Source of the DNA: the human T2T-CHM13v2.0 reference genome, Homo sapiens
Reading direction: 5' to 3' (one strand)
DNA length: 64,000 nt
Assembly (NCBI RefSeq): GCF_009914755.1
Contig: NC_060939.1
Positions 1-16,160 of this stretch are shown here, piece by piece; the stretch's first letter is position 1; each line of letters begins with the position of its first letter. The notes below the pieces were generated by a model. That model ran no database searches. It had not been told where the DNA came from and saw only the letters and a list, made by a program, of their open reading frames with translations. Both the position numbers and the translations under genes were made by a program.

Positions 1-1015
1 ATAAGAGGATAAACCAAAGGGGCACACTGCCAGTCACCTTGCCAGTAGCCCTGGGACAACAGTATTTAGAAATCAAGCTTTGTGTGGGACTTAAATGCTA
101 CCTTTATAAACAGTTGGATCCACATTCTCTCCCCCAAGAGATACTTCTCTCCACCTCCCTCCAAAGGAGTAAAATAAATCTCTGCATTCTGCCCTAGATG
201 ACTTATAACCCCAGACCAATTCCATCTCAACACTGGCAGGGGGAAATTTAAGCCCAGAAGTGGATCCAAATGCCACAAGCAATCCAAGACAAAACCACAT
301 GAAAAACCACCCATCCTCAAGCCTTTGAGACTAGGGTCAAACTCCCGATCTACACGCCTTTCTCAGAAAGACAGCCCTAAATCTCTCTCCGGACAAGTTG
401 CGGCTGTCTGGGAGGAGAGCTTGGCTTCTGCAAAGGGACAAGGCTGGGCTGTCCATTTCTGACACACAGCTAAACAAGCATCTGGAACGGGAGAAAAGAA
501 ATGTCCTTCAAACCCAAGGACATGAGAAAGTCCCCTGTGGACCCTCAAAAGGACACACCCAGACGGCTTCAGGCTGAGGAGTCATAGTCATGTTTGTGAC
601 TCTTTTTCAGGCACCACAAAGCCCAGAAAATGCAAAATTGGATTAGCAAACCTCATTGCATACTTGGAACTTGATGCCTCGTGTAGTCATTGGCCCTGGG
701 GCAGGACTGATGGCTGGCCCTGGGAGAAAGCTCCGGAGGCTCTGTCTTCAGCCCTAGCCCTGCCTCATGGGAGTGAATCCCTGACACCTATAAAATCACT
801 TTCCTTCTCTATAATCTTATCATTCACGTATATAGAGTCTTACAATAAGAAAATGAGCCTGCTGAGCTAAAATAAGGCCCTTGAACCCCAACCCATAGGA
901 GAAGGAGGAAAACTACGCTAGCATCCAGAACACTGTGGCCCATGATGCTTTAATGCCAGCCTCTGCAGCCAAGCAACCCCAGGAAATAAAAAATCCCAAG
1001 ATTATATACCAAAGG

Positions 1016-1504
1016 TGTGATGGCTAATGCTCTGTGACAACTTGAGTGGGCCACAGGGTGCCCAGACGTTTGGTCACACTGTCTGCGAGGATGGCCCTGG
1101 ATGAGATTAACAGTGGAATCAACGGGCTCTGAGTACAGCAGATGGCCCTCCCTAATGTGGGTGGGCCCCATCCATGCAGTTGAAGGCTTGAATAGAACAA
1201 AAAAACACAGCTTTCCCTCAAGGAGTGGGAGAACTCCTCCTGTCTAACTGCCTTCCAACTGGGACATCAGTTTTTTTCCTGCCTTGGGACTCAAACTAAC
1301 ACATCGGCTCTTTGTGAGTCTGCAGCTTGTCCGCATTTAGGCTGGACCTTATACCATCAGCCCTCCTGGGTCTCCAGCTTACAGATGGCAGATCCTGGGA
1401 CCTGTCAGCCTCCATAATCACATCAGCTGATTCCTTACGATAAGCCTCTCTCTCTCTCTCTTTCTCTGTCTCTCTCTCTCTCCTCTCTTTCGCTCACTAT
1501 CTCT

Positions 1505-1541
<37 letters not shown>

Positions 1542-1574
1542 ATTGATTCTGTTTCCCTGAAGAATCCAAATACA
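1016..1574 (+). mobile_element. MLT2-family (ERVL) solo LTR with internal (CT)n(CA)n microsatellite
   Basis: TGTGATGG... start, ...AATACA end, MLT2 motif CCCTAATGTGGGTGGGC, 5-bp TSD AAAGG on both sides. Confidence 0.85.
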
Positions 1575-1910
1575 AAAGGCTATTAGCAAGAGTCCTCATG
1601 TATGCTTCAAATGCCAGTTTTGACATAATGAGCTGGAGAAATTACATTTCAAACAATCAACTCTCTGAAACACAACTCTCTTTACAAAAGAAGAGCAATT
1701 TCTGCTGTTTCCACTGCTGGGTGTGTTAATAGGGATAAAACTGAGACTGCTGAGAAGTTTAAAGACATCGAGACACGTTCCCAGCTGTGGTGCACCGGCT
1801 GTGTTGACAAGGGTCTTCGCGGATGGTAGCAGGAAACCTCATAGCGTATAAATGGAGTTGAGGGTGCAGGGACAGGGAAGTGGGATTGAGGGTGCAGGAA
1901 ATCTTCACAT

Positions 1911-2461
<551 letters not shown>

Positions 2462-2490
2462 TAAGTGTAGATTCTTTAACGTGTCTTTTA

Positions 2491-2835
<345 letters not shown>

Positions 2836-5800
2836 CTAATCAGTGGCAGAGCTAGGGTTTGAAGCAGGCAGTCCAGTGACCAGGAGACTTTCAGTGGGGC
2901 CTCCTTCCCACGTGGGTGAGTGAAAGTGCCGCACAACTACCCATGGTCTGAAATGTGCCGCGGAGATAGGCTGCATGGGGCTTGAGAGTATAGACTGGAA
3001 GCAACTCGGGAAAATCACAGGGCATAGTGAGCACATATGACCCCTGAGAGGGCCAGGGGGTGCTCCAGCTGAGACCTCCCCAACAGGTCGCCTTGAGTCA
3101 TCCCTGGTATGCCCTGCTCTGTCACCCCCACTCACTCCCATCCAAGAGCCCCACTCCACGCCTCACCGGAGTTCGCAGCCACTTGACTTTAGCGCCAAAA
3201 AACTCTTTGCCCTCCCTCATCACACTCTGGAATGTGTCACTTTGCACAGCTCACATTTTCATATTCCACACTAATCTGGACACACTTCTAACAAACCCTT
3301 CCTAAACTGTGACTCCCTCAGGTGTGCTGGTTTGCAGCCAGCCCACGCCCACTTCCTCCCTCCTTTTGGCATCTGTATCCTCTGTGCCCTGGGTGAAGCC
3401 CCTCCCACATGGGCCTGGCCACACCCCCAGTTCCAGGAGTGGACGTGAGCCTGGAGCCTGAGCCAATCCAGGCATTGCTACCCCCCAGGCCATGGCAATG
3501 GCAGAGGAGCAGGGCAGTGGGCAGGGGAAGGCACGACCAACCCGAGCCAATGACTCTCTGCTGTGAAGGCTGGAACAGGGCAGGTGGGTGTCCCTCCCAC
3601 TGGCCTTGAGGCCCAGATGACATAAGCCATCATGCCACCATCTAGAAACAGAAAGTAAAGGCAATATGGTAGAGGGCAGATTGGAAAGAGAGAGACCAAG
3701 TCCTAAATCGACTACCAAGCCAGCTCTCCTTAAAAACTACAAGGCTACTCTCTCTTTCACCAAAGCCAGCCGGGGCCAGGTTTTCTGTCACACACACAAC
3801 CTAGCAAACCTTAACTGCCTCGAGGTCTCAGGGAAGGCACTGCACGAAGGGAAACCACCACTGTAATCACAACACCTTCCTGGGGCTTTTTCCACATTTT
3901 AATAGTTAGCCTTCCATATGTAAGTATAATTTTCCTATATCCTCAAGCCTGTTTAAACCCCAGGACTCTGCCCCTTATAGAAACAATGAACCACACACAC
4001 AGAAGCAGAGTTGACATTTTTTGCTTAGGGCTACCTGTAAGCAGGCTTTCAATGAGGACAAACAACCGGCAACTGCACCTCCCAGAACTGCCATGAGCCT
4101 GAGGCAAAGGCAGAGACTACACGGCTGTGATGAAGCTGAAATCCCCTGGGTCCATTCGTGGGCAGTGGGCCAGCCTTGGGGACAGGGCCCTCATTTTACT
4201 CAAAGACACACGCAGCTCAAGGACAAAGCGCCTGGTTCTAGAAAGAGCCCAGGTTTGCAATCAGACTTGGGTTCGCAGCCCAGTGCCCCCACGTCCAGAG
4301 CCTGTCCCCTCAGCTGTGTACTGGGTGGTGCTGGGGGCCAGTGGGACGGCAGCCTACAAGGACAGACCAGCTAGCACTCCCCATCAAAGAACGAACTTTG
4401 GGAAATAAAGAAGTGAAAAGACTGCTGGCCCATCTTCCACAGCAGGAATCTTTCTTTTCTGAGATAGGCTACTGTTAACCAGGAGGCCTCAACCTGGTTG
4501 AGATGTAAAGTGGTCCTTTTATTAATAAATAAATGTCCATATTGTCTTCACAGGAATAGGCAAGGCCAGATAATTTCTAGAAGAGATAAAGCACCCTTCC
4601 ATCCAAACCAAAACTCATTTCTAACAAGAGAGAGGAGAGGTTCAAAATTCTTTTAGTCTGAAATATAATCCTGAAGCCAGAGGGTTTGTTTACTCAATGG
4701 ACTGTTCACCAGCTGCTCAGAAACAGGTTTCGTGTGAGTGCTCATACGTCCCACTTATACAAACAAGGAGGCCGAGGGAGGACACCAGGCCCTGGCAGCC
4801 TACAGAGGGGGAGGCCTTCCTTCCTCGCCCTCACCCACGAAGAGAATAAAACAGGACTAAACCCTTTAGACTCAGTTCAGTTTTGAGTGTGACAGTCAGA
4901 GCCACCAACTCAAAGTGCAGCGACTGAGGTTCAGGGGTCAGCCCTGCAATTCCCCTGTTGGTGTGCTTCTGAGCAAGCCTCTCGTCATGAACCCGAATTT
5001 CTTCATCCATTTCTACTTCCTGCCAGGTGTGGTCCGGGTTCTGATGACACAGCCTCTAACACTTCTCACTCTACTTACTCCAGGGGGCCACAGGCTTTCT
5101 CACTTCTCCTGAGGCCATTGCAGGACATCGCAACCAGGCTGGGTTTTCTCCTTCTTCCGAATCCTGCAGCCCCTCTTCATAGGCACATCCCTGCCACGGG
5201 GCACTGTCTACACATGACCTCCAGGCACACAGGCCCCTCCTGCGTCATCCACAGCACTGGGGTGACGGTACCAGCAGGCACTGTGAGGCGACAACCCTGA
5301 GTGCCAGCTAATGCACATGTGATCTCATCACAGCCTCCCGCCAGTGAGGCAAGGAGGGCTCCCATTATCAAGGCAAGGAAACCAAGGCCAGAAGGCACTG
5401 AGTGACCTGTCCCAGGAAGCAAGCAGAGCTCGAATCCAGATGCATCACACTCCACAACATGAGCCCTTCACACTCCAACAAGAGGGTAGGAACTCACCTC
5501 GGACCTCTGGATGTGCCCCAACCCTACGACTTGGCATTCAACAGACACTTCTCAGGACCCAGAGGTGCCCCTGCAAGTTCTTTTGGTTGCCAGCCAGCTC
5601 CCGCGATAACCAAAAGCAACCAAAACAAGCTTGTGTCAACAGAAGGAGGGCACGCTGCGCCTCTGACTAGGAAGTTTCAATCTCATAAAGATTTCAAGCC
5701 ATCTAAATTAATCTGCAAGCTCAGTGAAATGCAGTAAGATACCGACCAATTTCTGCTGGGGATCTAAATGAGCTGATTCCAAAATTCATGAGGATGGGAG

Positions 5801-5889
5801 AAGCAGCAAGAATGGAATAGCCATGAAAATTCTATAAAGGAGTTAGATTAGTAAAACATGCTGTAAAACTACAATAACTGAACACAGTG

Positions 5890-6289
5890 TGATAAGGTTT
5901 GGAACTGTGTCCCCAACCAAATCTCATGTTGAACTGTAATCCCCAGTGCTGGAGGTGGGGCCTGGTGGAAGGTGACTGGATCATGGGGGTGGGCCTTCAT
6001 GAACGGTTTGGCACCATCCTCTTCGCGCTGTTCTTATGATAGTGAGTGGGTGAGTGCCTGAGAGATCTGGTGGTTTAAAAGTGGGTGATACCTCCCGCCT
6101 TGCTCTTTCTCTTGCTCCTGCTCCCACCATGTGAGTGCCTGCTCCCCTTTGCCTTCCACCATGATTGGAAGCTTCCTGAGGCCTCCCCAGAAGCAGAAGC
6201 TGCTATGCTTCCTGTACAGCATGCTGAACCATTAGCCAATACCCAGTCTCAGGTATTTCTTTATAGCAGTGCAAGAACAGACTAATACA
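5890..6289 (+). mobile_element. MST-family (MaLR) solo LTR inserted in an old L1 remnant
   Basis: TGATAAGGTTTGG...GACTAATACA; TSD CAGTG. Confidence 0.88.
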
Positions 6290-6609
6290 CAGTGGCATCC
6301 CACACTAACAATCAGATGCTATAGCAGAATAGAAAGTCCAGAAATACACCCAAATACACACTGGAATCTAGTATAGGATAAAGATGGCATTTCAAATGAG
6401 TGAGAAAAAGGTAACTCATTAAATATTTTGTTGATAACCACCCATATCTCACACTTTGTATCAGCATAAATTAGACGGATCAGACTTAAATGTAGAAAAT
6501 AAAACCATAGAAGTACTAGAAGAAAACATGGGAGAAATCCAAAATCCATTTTTTTAAAAAAGGATGATAAATGTAAACACATAAAAATGTCTTAAAGTCA
6601 AGGTAAACA

Positions 6610-6945
<336 letters not shown>

Positions 6946-6966
6946 CTATTTCCAACTCATCATAAA

Positions 6967-7279
<313 letters not shown>

Positions 7280-8752
7280 AACATATTATAAATGTTTTAA
7301 AATTTAATCTCCTTAATATATATATAGTCCCTAAAAACCAATAAAAAAGATCAATAATCTAATTGAAAAACTGGTAAAGAACATAACACAGGCAGTTCAC
7401 ACACACACACACACACACAAACCTAAATGGCTCCGCATTCTTAACTATGAAAAAATGTCCAATCTCACTTTCAATAAGATAAATGTAATTTTGATCTTCA
7501 CAGAGATTCAATTTTTCACCTATTAATTTAGCAAAAATAGAAATGTCTGAAAACACACTGTTGGCAAGGATGTACAGAAACACTCTCTCATTACTTGTTT
7601 GTGGACATGTAAATTGTTACAACATATACAGAGAGCAGTGTGACAATATCCATCAGTTACAAAAGGTATAGCCCTTAGTCGGCAATTCCATTTCTAGGAA
7701 TTTGTCCTACAGGTATGTTTCCACATGTGTGAAATGACACCTACATGCCCATTAACAGAAGACTGATTAAATAAATTATGTTACATCCATATAATGAACA
7801 CTAAGCACCTATATAAATGAATGAAGAGCTTTTTAGGAATAACCACTCGGACGCACAAGATATTTTTATAAAGCAAGGTAACAAGCATAGTGTATGTGTA
7901 AGAGATAGAAAAGATATCCACATGCAAAAGAATAAAGTTGGACTCCTATAAATCATCTAAAAAAATTAACTCACACAATATACAAAAATTACCTCAAAAT
8001 GGAACTTACATATAAGTATGTAAGACTTATATGTAAGAGCTAAATTTTTAGAAAAAAATAGCATAAATCTTTGCGACACTAGATTAGACAATGGCTTATT
8101 AAATATGACACCAGAAGCAAAAGCAACAAAAGAAAAAACTAGATAAATTGGACTCATCAAAATTTAAAACTTTTGTGCTTCAAAGAATATAATCAAGAAA
8201 GTGAAAAGACACCCCCATAGAATGGGAGGAATCACTTGCAAACTATACATCTGATCAAAGTATTTTTATGTAGAATATATGAAGAACTCTTACCCATCAA
8301 TAATAAAAAGACAAATAACCCAATGTAAAATGGGCAAAAGACCTGAATAGACAGTTCTCAAAAGAAGATTTACAAATGCACAATACACGAAGGCAAACAA
8401 GGTCAACATGACTAGCCATCAATGCATTGCAAATTAAACACACAACGAGATACCACTTTATACCTTAGGATGGCTATAAGCAAAAAGACAGACAATAACA
8501 AATGTTGGTGAGGATATAAGAAATCATAACCCTCATACACTTCTAGTGAGATGTAAACTAGTACAGCAATTTGGAAAACCATTTGGCAGTTTGTCAAAAG
8601 GTTAAACATGGAGTTATCATATGACCCAGCAATTCCACTCCTAGGTGTATATTCCCAAGAGCCATCAAAATACATGTCCACACAAAAACTCATATACTTG
8701 TTCAGAGCAGCATTATTCATAATAGCCCCAAAAAGGAAACAACTTAAATACG

Positions 8753-9122
8753 TGATATGGTTTGGCTGTGTCCCCACCCAAAGCTCATCTTGAATTGTAG
8801 TTCCCATAATCCCCATGTGTTGTGAGAGGGACCTTGTGGGAGGTGATTAGATTATGGGGGTGGTTCCCCCATGCTGTTCTCATGATAGTGAGTTCTCACA
8901 AGATTTGATGGTTTTATAAGGGGATTTTCCCCAATCCACTTTGCACTTCTCTCTCCTGCCACCATGAGGACATGTTTGCTTCCTCTTCTGCCATGATTAT
9001 AAGTTCCCTGAGGCCTCTCCTGCCATGCAGGTTTAACTGTGAGGCAATTAAACCTCTTTCCTTCATAAATTTCCCAGTCTCAGGCAGTTCCTTATAGCAG
9101 CCCCTGAGAACAGGCTACTACA
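8753..9122 (+). mobile_element. THE1-family (MaLR) solo LTR
   Basis: TGATATGGTTTGGCTGTGTCCCCACCCAAA start; CAGTCTCAGG...TATAGCAG...TACA end. Confidence 0.88.
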
Positions 9123-9676
9123 ATATCTATCTATTGATGAATGGGTAAATAAAAGATGGTATACCCATTCGATGGAACATAACGGCAATAAAAAGAAATG
9201 ATACATGCCACACATAGATGAACCCTGAAAACACTGTACTAAATAAAATAAGCTATTCACAAAAGACCACACATTGTATGGTCCCATGTATATGAAAGAC
9301 CAGAAAAGGGAAATCTATACACAGAAAGAAAATTCGGAGACACATAGAGATTAACTACTATGGATTCATGGTTTCAGTCTGGAGTGATGAATGTATTCTA
9401 AAATTGATTTCAGTGATAGATGCACAACTCTGTAAATATACTAAAAACCATTGAGTTGGACACTTTATTTGTTTTTTTTTTTAAGAGAGGTGGGTCTGGC
9501 TATGTTGACCAGGCTGGTCCAAACTCCTGGCATCAAGCAATCCTCCCATCTTGGCCCCCAAAGTGCTAGGATTACAGGCATGAGCCACCATGCCTGGCTG
9601 GGTTGGACACTTTAAATGAGTGAATATAGTATATAAGTTATATCTCACCAAAGTCATTATAAGAAATAGGGAAGGA

Positions 9677-9677
<1 letters not shown>

Positions 9678-9726
<49 letters not shown>
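9678..9726. repeat. (TG)n microsatellite
   Basis: About 24 uninterrupted TG units. Confidence 0.97.
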
Positions 9727-9729
<3 letters not shown>

Positions 9730-12700
9730 CATGTATATATTACACTCACTTGCTTCTATATTTATAAAATCTCCCTGGAAAGATTTGACAAGAAATTGAC
9801 AACACAAAGTGAAGAAAACTGTGTGGCTAAAAGGTAAGAATACTTTTTGCTATATGCTCTTTTGTTCTTTGTGAATTTTGAACCATGTGAACATATGACC
9901 TAATTTAAAACCAAGTATATAAATACAATTCAATGTAAATCATTAAAATAAATTTTGAAATGGAGTAAGTCTGTGTCAGGCTGCCCCTCTGGCAGGAGAC
10001 CCTTCTCCCAGGGCCCACCCATGGCTGACTCCATGTGGCTTTGCCCGGCTATCCTGGTGACTTCAGAACCCAAACTCAGTGACTCAAACCTTTCCTCCAC
10101 CTGGAGGAAATGGAAATAGTGGGCTGTTTCCATTTTTAAGCCCACTAAAGTAGTTCTGTAGCCCAAGGACCAGCGTTCTGCCAAAACCATATTACTTGTC
10201 AATGAACAGCACACGTGAACTCTGACATTTGGAAAAAGTAATCAAGAAAATGAAAATGGATCATGGGAGAGGAAGACTGAAGCACACAGGTGCCGCCAGT
10301 GTAGACAGGAGGACTAGCAGGCGACCCTGAGCCAAGCGGTCCCTCCAATGCTCTGAGGACACAGACCTGTTTCGCTTTTACCCTCTGAGCTCTACGCTGC
10401 ACCTCCTCCTCAGGACATAAGAAGTAACAGAGCTTCCCCCAGAAAACCAGCTACACTTGAAGAAATGAAGAACATGACTCAGAACCCACTCTTCAGCCCT
10501 AGCCTCTGCCCCACCCTGTAAGGAAGCAGGTGTTGGAGGCCCCTGGACAATCAACAGGCTAGCCAGGGTCTCACCACCATGGCCTGCCACCAAGACACAT
10601 TCCCAATAACCAGCCTACCTCCCTTTCTGCCCTGGGCACAGCCCTCTGAGCTCCACCCGACACCTTCCACCTAGAGCATTTTCGACAAGCCACTGAGAGG
10701 CAAACACCGGTGTGATAGAAATCTCATCTTACTCCACTGCAGATGGGCCACTTCAGACAAATAAGTCACATGAGGCAAAAGCATTTTCCTCTAGTGCAGC
10801 AAGAGCCTCCAGATCTCCAGCAGCCAAGCTCCAACACCATCCAGCTCCGGCAGAACCCTCCCCAACACAGAGGCTGGGGAGACCCTGGATGCACCCTCGC
10901 CTCACCCCTGTCCTAGGGCACCCCCTCCCCACCACGCTGCAGCCCCTCAGTTCCAGCACCCAGCACCCAGTCACCAGTCAAGCACCATGGCTCAACATAC
11001 CAGGTCAATAACTCAAATGCCCCAAGGCCTTGTAGACAAAAGAAACCAGAGCAGCAGGACTGCTGAGACCTAAACAAGGGAACAAACAACAGTGACAAGT
11101 GGTGGACAATACTCTGTCTTCAAGTCAAAAAGGCACAAATAGCGGCACCCTGCCCAGCCTAGGTGGAGTGGCAGCCACCAAGCTCCTGCCCGGCTGCCCC
11201 GGAACAGAGGTCTTGCACTTCCATGTATCCCCACCTGTCAAAAGAAGGAGGAAATCTAGATTTTTATATAAAGGCTCCTAACTTTTAAGTGTTCTCAACT
11301 ATCTTAGTTTTTAAAACACTGTGCAGATCAAAAAACAAAACAAATGTCTGTGGGCCACATTTTTCAGCCCCAGGCCATCAGTTTACCATCTCTGACTTGG
11401 TTCTCTGACCATGGTTCATTAGGTCCTACGTGCCAAGCATGAGTGATATTTAGTAACTCAGCTCAAAATCATGAGCCCAGAGAGATGTAATGATATGCAC
11501 GTTCCACTAAATCCTTCCTTATCTCTGTTCACCAACAGTTCAACCATGACTAAGGAGTACTGACCATTATTTATATAATCTAGCTGCTTCCTCTACCTCC
11601 TGGGCACCATCCCATTGGGGTTAACCAAGTGTTAGCACTGTTGGTTGACCCCAGGATGGGCATGCAGCACACAGCACAGACCGTGCCCCTGGGGGCTTAC
11701 GCTTCATAGAGGATCATCCAGCATGGGCCAGACAACCCTGAAGAGCTCAATGACAAGTCTTCAGGTTTTTCTTCATTACACTAAAGTGTTTAGCCTCCAT
11801 CTGCTCCCCATCCTGTTTCTCTTTCCCTCTCTCAGTCCCTGAGGGATAAATCCAATGCTTACTCTTCCAAGACAAAAGCAGCACACAGTAAATCCGGCAA
11901 CAGCAAATGCCCCAAGACCTGTTCCTCCAGCTCTCGGGTGTGTTTGCAAAGGGTTGGTTCTGCTTTGTTTTTATATAAGGGGCCAGGGAAGGGAAGTGAG
12001 GTTTAAAGCAGAGAAGGTAGCCCCTAGGGGCAGCCCCATGGGGTCAAGGACAGCGGCAAGATGACCCAGAGGGGACCTTGGTGGACCCAGGGGACTTGAC
12101 CACCACCTGGAAACTCTGAGGTCACAGTGCTTTGGGGCACATGTCATAAGGGGCCCTTTCAGTACCACTTATCCCTGCCACCCAGGTAGGGGAGGGTGGG
12201 AATGTCAGTCCTCACCACCCACTCCTTCTAGGCAGATGCTCCCAATGCCCCTCCACCCAGCCCCAAGGCCCAGCTGCATGGCTGGAGTTTTCATGAGCAA
12301 GTTTCACCTGTGAGTCCTCTTCTTCCTCACCAAACCTATCCCTTTCCCTGCCTGGTCACCCCCTTCACAATGCCCCCCTTCTCTATGCCCTTCAGGACAG
12401 CCTGACACTTTCCTCTTTCTCCTCTTCATCCATTCAGGCCTCCAGTCCTCCCAAGTGGTCCTTCCAGCACCTTCCACGGGTCTCCCCAGACATCCTGCAC
12501 CCCCCACACCAGCCACGTCACTATTCATGCATTCTTGGTAAATCCTTGGTACAACCTGATCTGGACCAACATTTCTAGAGAAGCCCTGTGATTACTTCAC
12601 TCTTGTATTAAAATCCTCCATTTGCTCCTCTCACCCACTACAAATCTCCTAGTCCTCCAGCTGGAAATGGCTTCCAAAATCCAGCTGCAATGGGAAGGGT

Positions 12701-12790
12701 GAGGCGGACTCCTCCCCTTCCCCAGCTGCTCATCCTTGAGCAAGACACTTCAACAACTGAGCCTTGGTTTTCTCATCTGTGAAATGGGGA

Positions 12791-13414
12791 TGATAAACCA
12801 AAATTGAAATTCTAAGCCCCCCAACCATCTGAATGAACCCCTCCTCTCAGCAAGGCTATTGACAGCAATTTGGAATCTCAGCAGTGCCAAAGCTAACCCG
12901 AAAAACTAATTCAGGCCATGATGGGAAGGGTGGGGGGTTGGACATACCTGATTCTACCCTCCTCCCTTTTGGATTTATTGATAGACCCTCTAAGTCTGAC
13001 AAGAAACATTTACAATCTATTCTCTCCAAAGCCTGCCACCTGGAGGCTTCGCCTGCATAATAAAACCTTGGTCTCCACACCCACTTATCTTAACCCAGAC
13101 ATTTCTAAGTTTTAGACAATAACTTAACTCTTTCAACCAACTGCCAATCAGAAAATCTGTGAATCTACCTATGGCCTGGAAGTTATCCCCCCTTCCACTT
13201 ATCCTGCCTTTCTGGACCAAACCAATGTACATCTTACATGTATTTGATATCTCATGTCTCCCTAATATGTATAAAACTAAGCTGTACCCCAACCACCTTG
13301 GGCACATGTTCTCAGGATCTCCTGAGGGCTGAGTCATGGGCCAGTGGCCACTCATATTTGGCTCAGAATAAATCTCTTTAAATATTTTACAGAGCTTGAC
13401 TCTTTTTGTCGACA
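12791..13414 (+). mobile_element. MER4-group ERV1 solo LTR inserted in a MIR
   Basis: AAATTCTAAGCCCCCCAACC start motif; AATAAATCTC...TTTGTCGACA end; MIR sequence on both flanks. Confidence 0.85.
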
Positions 13415-13773
13415 GGACTGACAGTGCACCACTCATAGGAGTGAGGAAAACATATAAAATGCTTATCACAGAGTCCGTTACACAGTAAGGGCTTAATAAA
13501 TACTAGTTGCTATTATTGTCATCAACATCACAATTTCCAAGTGATTTCACAAACCCTACCCTCAGCAAAGCTTGCTTCACCCATCTGGTCCTGGAAGAAC
13601 CTCTTCTTCCTCCCATCCTGCCAAGTCCTAATCGTCCTCCTCCTCCACCATGCCTTCCCAGACCATTCTGGTCCCTGACCCATCCTTTCTCAGTTTACCT
13701 AGCATTGCTTTTAATACATGGCTCCCCTGTGGGATTGGACGGCTCCTTATCTGCCAAGTAGAATCATTCAAGC

Positions 13774-14662
13774 CATAAGCCAAAAATAAAATTCTAAGCC
13801 CCCCAGCCAGTTGAAGAGACCTGGCCAAGAGGACCCCAGAGAAACCTGAAAAACTAAATTCCAGGCCTAGACAAGAAAGGAGGTCAGACACGCCACATTA
13901 TACCCCTCCCTTTTGGAGTTTAGGCACAAATGACCAGCATTAATAATGAAATAGAGATCATAAGACTGGCAAAACAAGGCTCTTTGTGGCAATAAGATAC
14001 CAAATTCCAACCTGATTCTGTGTAGCATCACATGACAGATAGCAGGCCCTGAAGGAAATGAAATTTTACCCAAAAATGTCTGTGACATGGTTTGAAATGG
14101 CCCTGCAAAGCCATCTTTTGTGGGAAAATTTTTGCATCTATAGAGAATCTTCATTAATGCAGCTAGGCCTTTGGTGGATCTCGGAGAGATTAACTAAAAG
14201 TCTGGCACCTTTTAAGATCTGAAAAGAGGCATTTACCATCTATTCTCTCTGAAGCCTGCTACCTGGAGGCTTCATCTACATAACAAGAACCTTGGTCTCC
14301 ACAACCCCCCTTATCTTAACTCAAGCATTCCTTTCTATTGACTTCAAGTCTTCAGACAAAGCTTAACTCTTTCAAGCAACTGCCAATCAAAACCTCTTTG
14401 AATCTGCCTATGGTCTATAAGCCCCACTTCAAGAAGCCCTGCCTTTCTGGGCTGAACCAAAGTAAACCATCCATATATTGATTCATGTCTTTGCCTGTAA
14501 CTTCTATCTCCCTAAAATGTATAAAACCAGGCTGAAACCTGACCACCTCGGGCCCACGTTCTCAGGACCTCTTGATATTGTTCCCCAGGTCAATATGGTC
14601 ACTCATATTGGCTCACAATAAACCTCTTTAAATATTTGTAGAGTTTGGGGTTTTTGTCAACA
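13774..14662 (+). mobile_element. MER4-group ERV1 solo LTR (longer subfamily)
   Basis: CAAAAATAAAATTCTAAGCCCCCC start; AATAAACCTC...TTTGTCAACA end. Confidence 0.85.
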
Positions 14663-16040
14663 AAGGGCATTATCCTATGCCTTAGATTGAGCTGGATGGT
14701 CCTTGACCTCTGATGTGTTCCATGGCACCTCTATGTTCACAGTGGGTGCTAATTAAACACCCTGGGAAGAACACTGTTTACTCAGCCGTGTTTGCTCCTA
14801 GGTGCTGGGTTCAGTGTTGGGGAGACCTCGCTGGACAGGGCCAAACTCAGCCCACCACATCTTGGAGGTCCAAAAAGAGCCAAGCTGAGCATCCAAGCCC
14901 CTAGGTTTAAGTCCTATTTTTCCTACAAACTCACTCAGTGACCTTAACCAAGCCTCCCCACTCTGGGCCTCAGTTTTCTCATCTGTACAATGAGTGTAGG
15001 GAGGTAGGCGGAAGGAGCTCTGAATGCAAAGAAACGCCTACCTGAGAGGGAGGGGTCTAGAAGGGCTCTGCCAGGCCTACAAGAGCCCTGCCCAAGCACT
15101 TTGCCATGGTCCCTCCTCTGTGCCACACCTGCCCATGAGAAAGGGTTTCCTCCTCCCTGCACCCTCAGGAAAATAAATAGCAAATCTAGATTCCTGGCAG
15201 ATTGCCCTTAGATTAAGTATAGTTTATTTTTTAAGTGAAACAATAATAACATGATCCTAAATTCATGGTCCCAGGATTTCCCTTTGCAAATGGTTAGACC
15301 CAAAACCTCAGTCATAAAACTAAAGTACTAACACAATCCATGAAGGCTTCTTTGCTTAAATCCAGGAGTGTTTCCCTCTCTTGACACTCGCCCTACAGGA
15401 TGCTCTACAGATACTGACATTGGAGTTCCCTTAGTCCCCACTGCTTACCCTAGATTTGCCTGGTGTCTCAAGAAGAACCTGCATTTGCAAAGACACCCAT
15501 ACACAAAGCCTACATGGGCATGAAAGTCTATGGGTAATGCCATATAAGTCAGGAGGCTCAGGCTTAAATTAAAGAGGGATTTTCTTCCCTTTCCAATTTG
15601 ATAGAAGGAATCCACGTCAGGTGCCAGGTCTTCACAGTCCTATTAATGGGGGCAGTCATGAGGCGCCTCCTTCATCAGGGAATTGAGTAGTCAAGGAGGC
15701 TCACTTGGGCTAAAGAGTCAGCAATTTCATTTCAAAGAGCCTCAGAAACAGATGCACCTGCCTGATAATTGTGGCCATATGGCTGCATCCTCATTTATGG
15801 ACAGAAGCAAGACCAAAAGGTTGGGTGTAAATTACATCTGTTTTCAGAATCGTATTTTTCAATATAATAGGACACTTGACTGCTTAAAGGGGAGCCAGAG
15901 ACTTAGTTGACACAATCTCATTCTAAACCTGCAATAGCCCTTGGAAGCATGTACTCTAATTAATGATGAGAAATGGTGCCCAGAAAGGTTCAATAAACTG
16001 CCCATATCAGACAACCAGCAGGCCTTGAAGCCGAGATTCT

Positions 16041-16160
16041 CGGCATCTCTCAACTCTGGCACCCTTGACATTTGGGGCTCCCCATCCTGACAATCCAAAA
16101 TGTCTCCAGATATGACCAAATAACACCAGGGGGCAAAATCCTTCGGCTTGCTCTCTACTC
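16041..16160 (+). mobile_element. MER20 (hAT-Charlie) fragment, internally deleted
   Basis: TTGACATTTGGGGC and AAAATGTCTCCAGA...GGGGGCAAAATC motifs. Confidence 0.7.

Noticed and set aside
12020-12044. Tandem palindromes GCCCCTAGGGGC / GCCCCATGGGGT
   Set aside because: Short, with no supporting context; plausible by chance in 64 kb.
12791-14662. Two adjacent same-strand MER4 LTRs as a deleted provirus
   Set aside because: Different lengths and subfamilies; MIR sequence resumes after the first LTR; no PBS or internal sequence between them.
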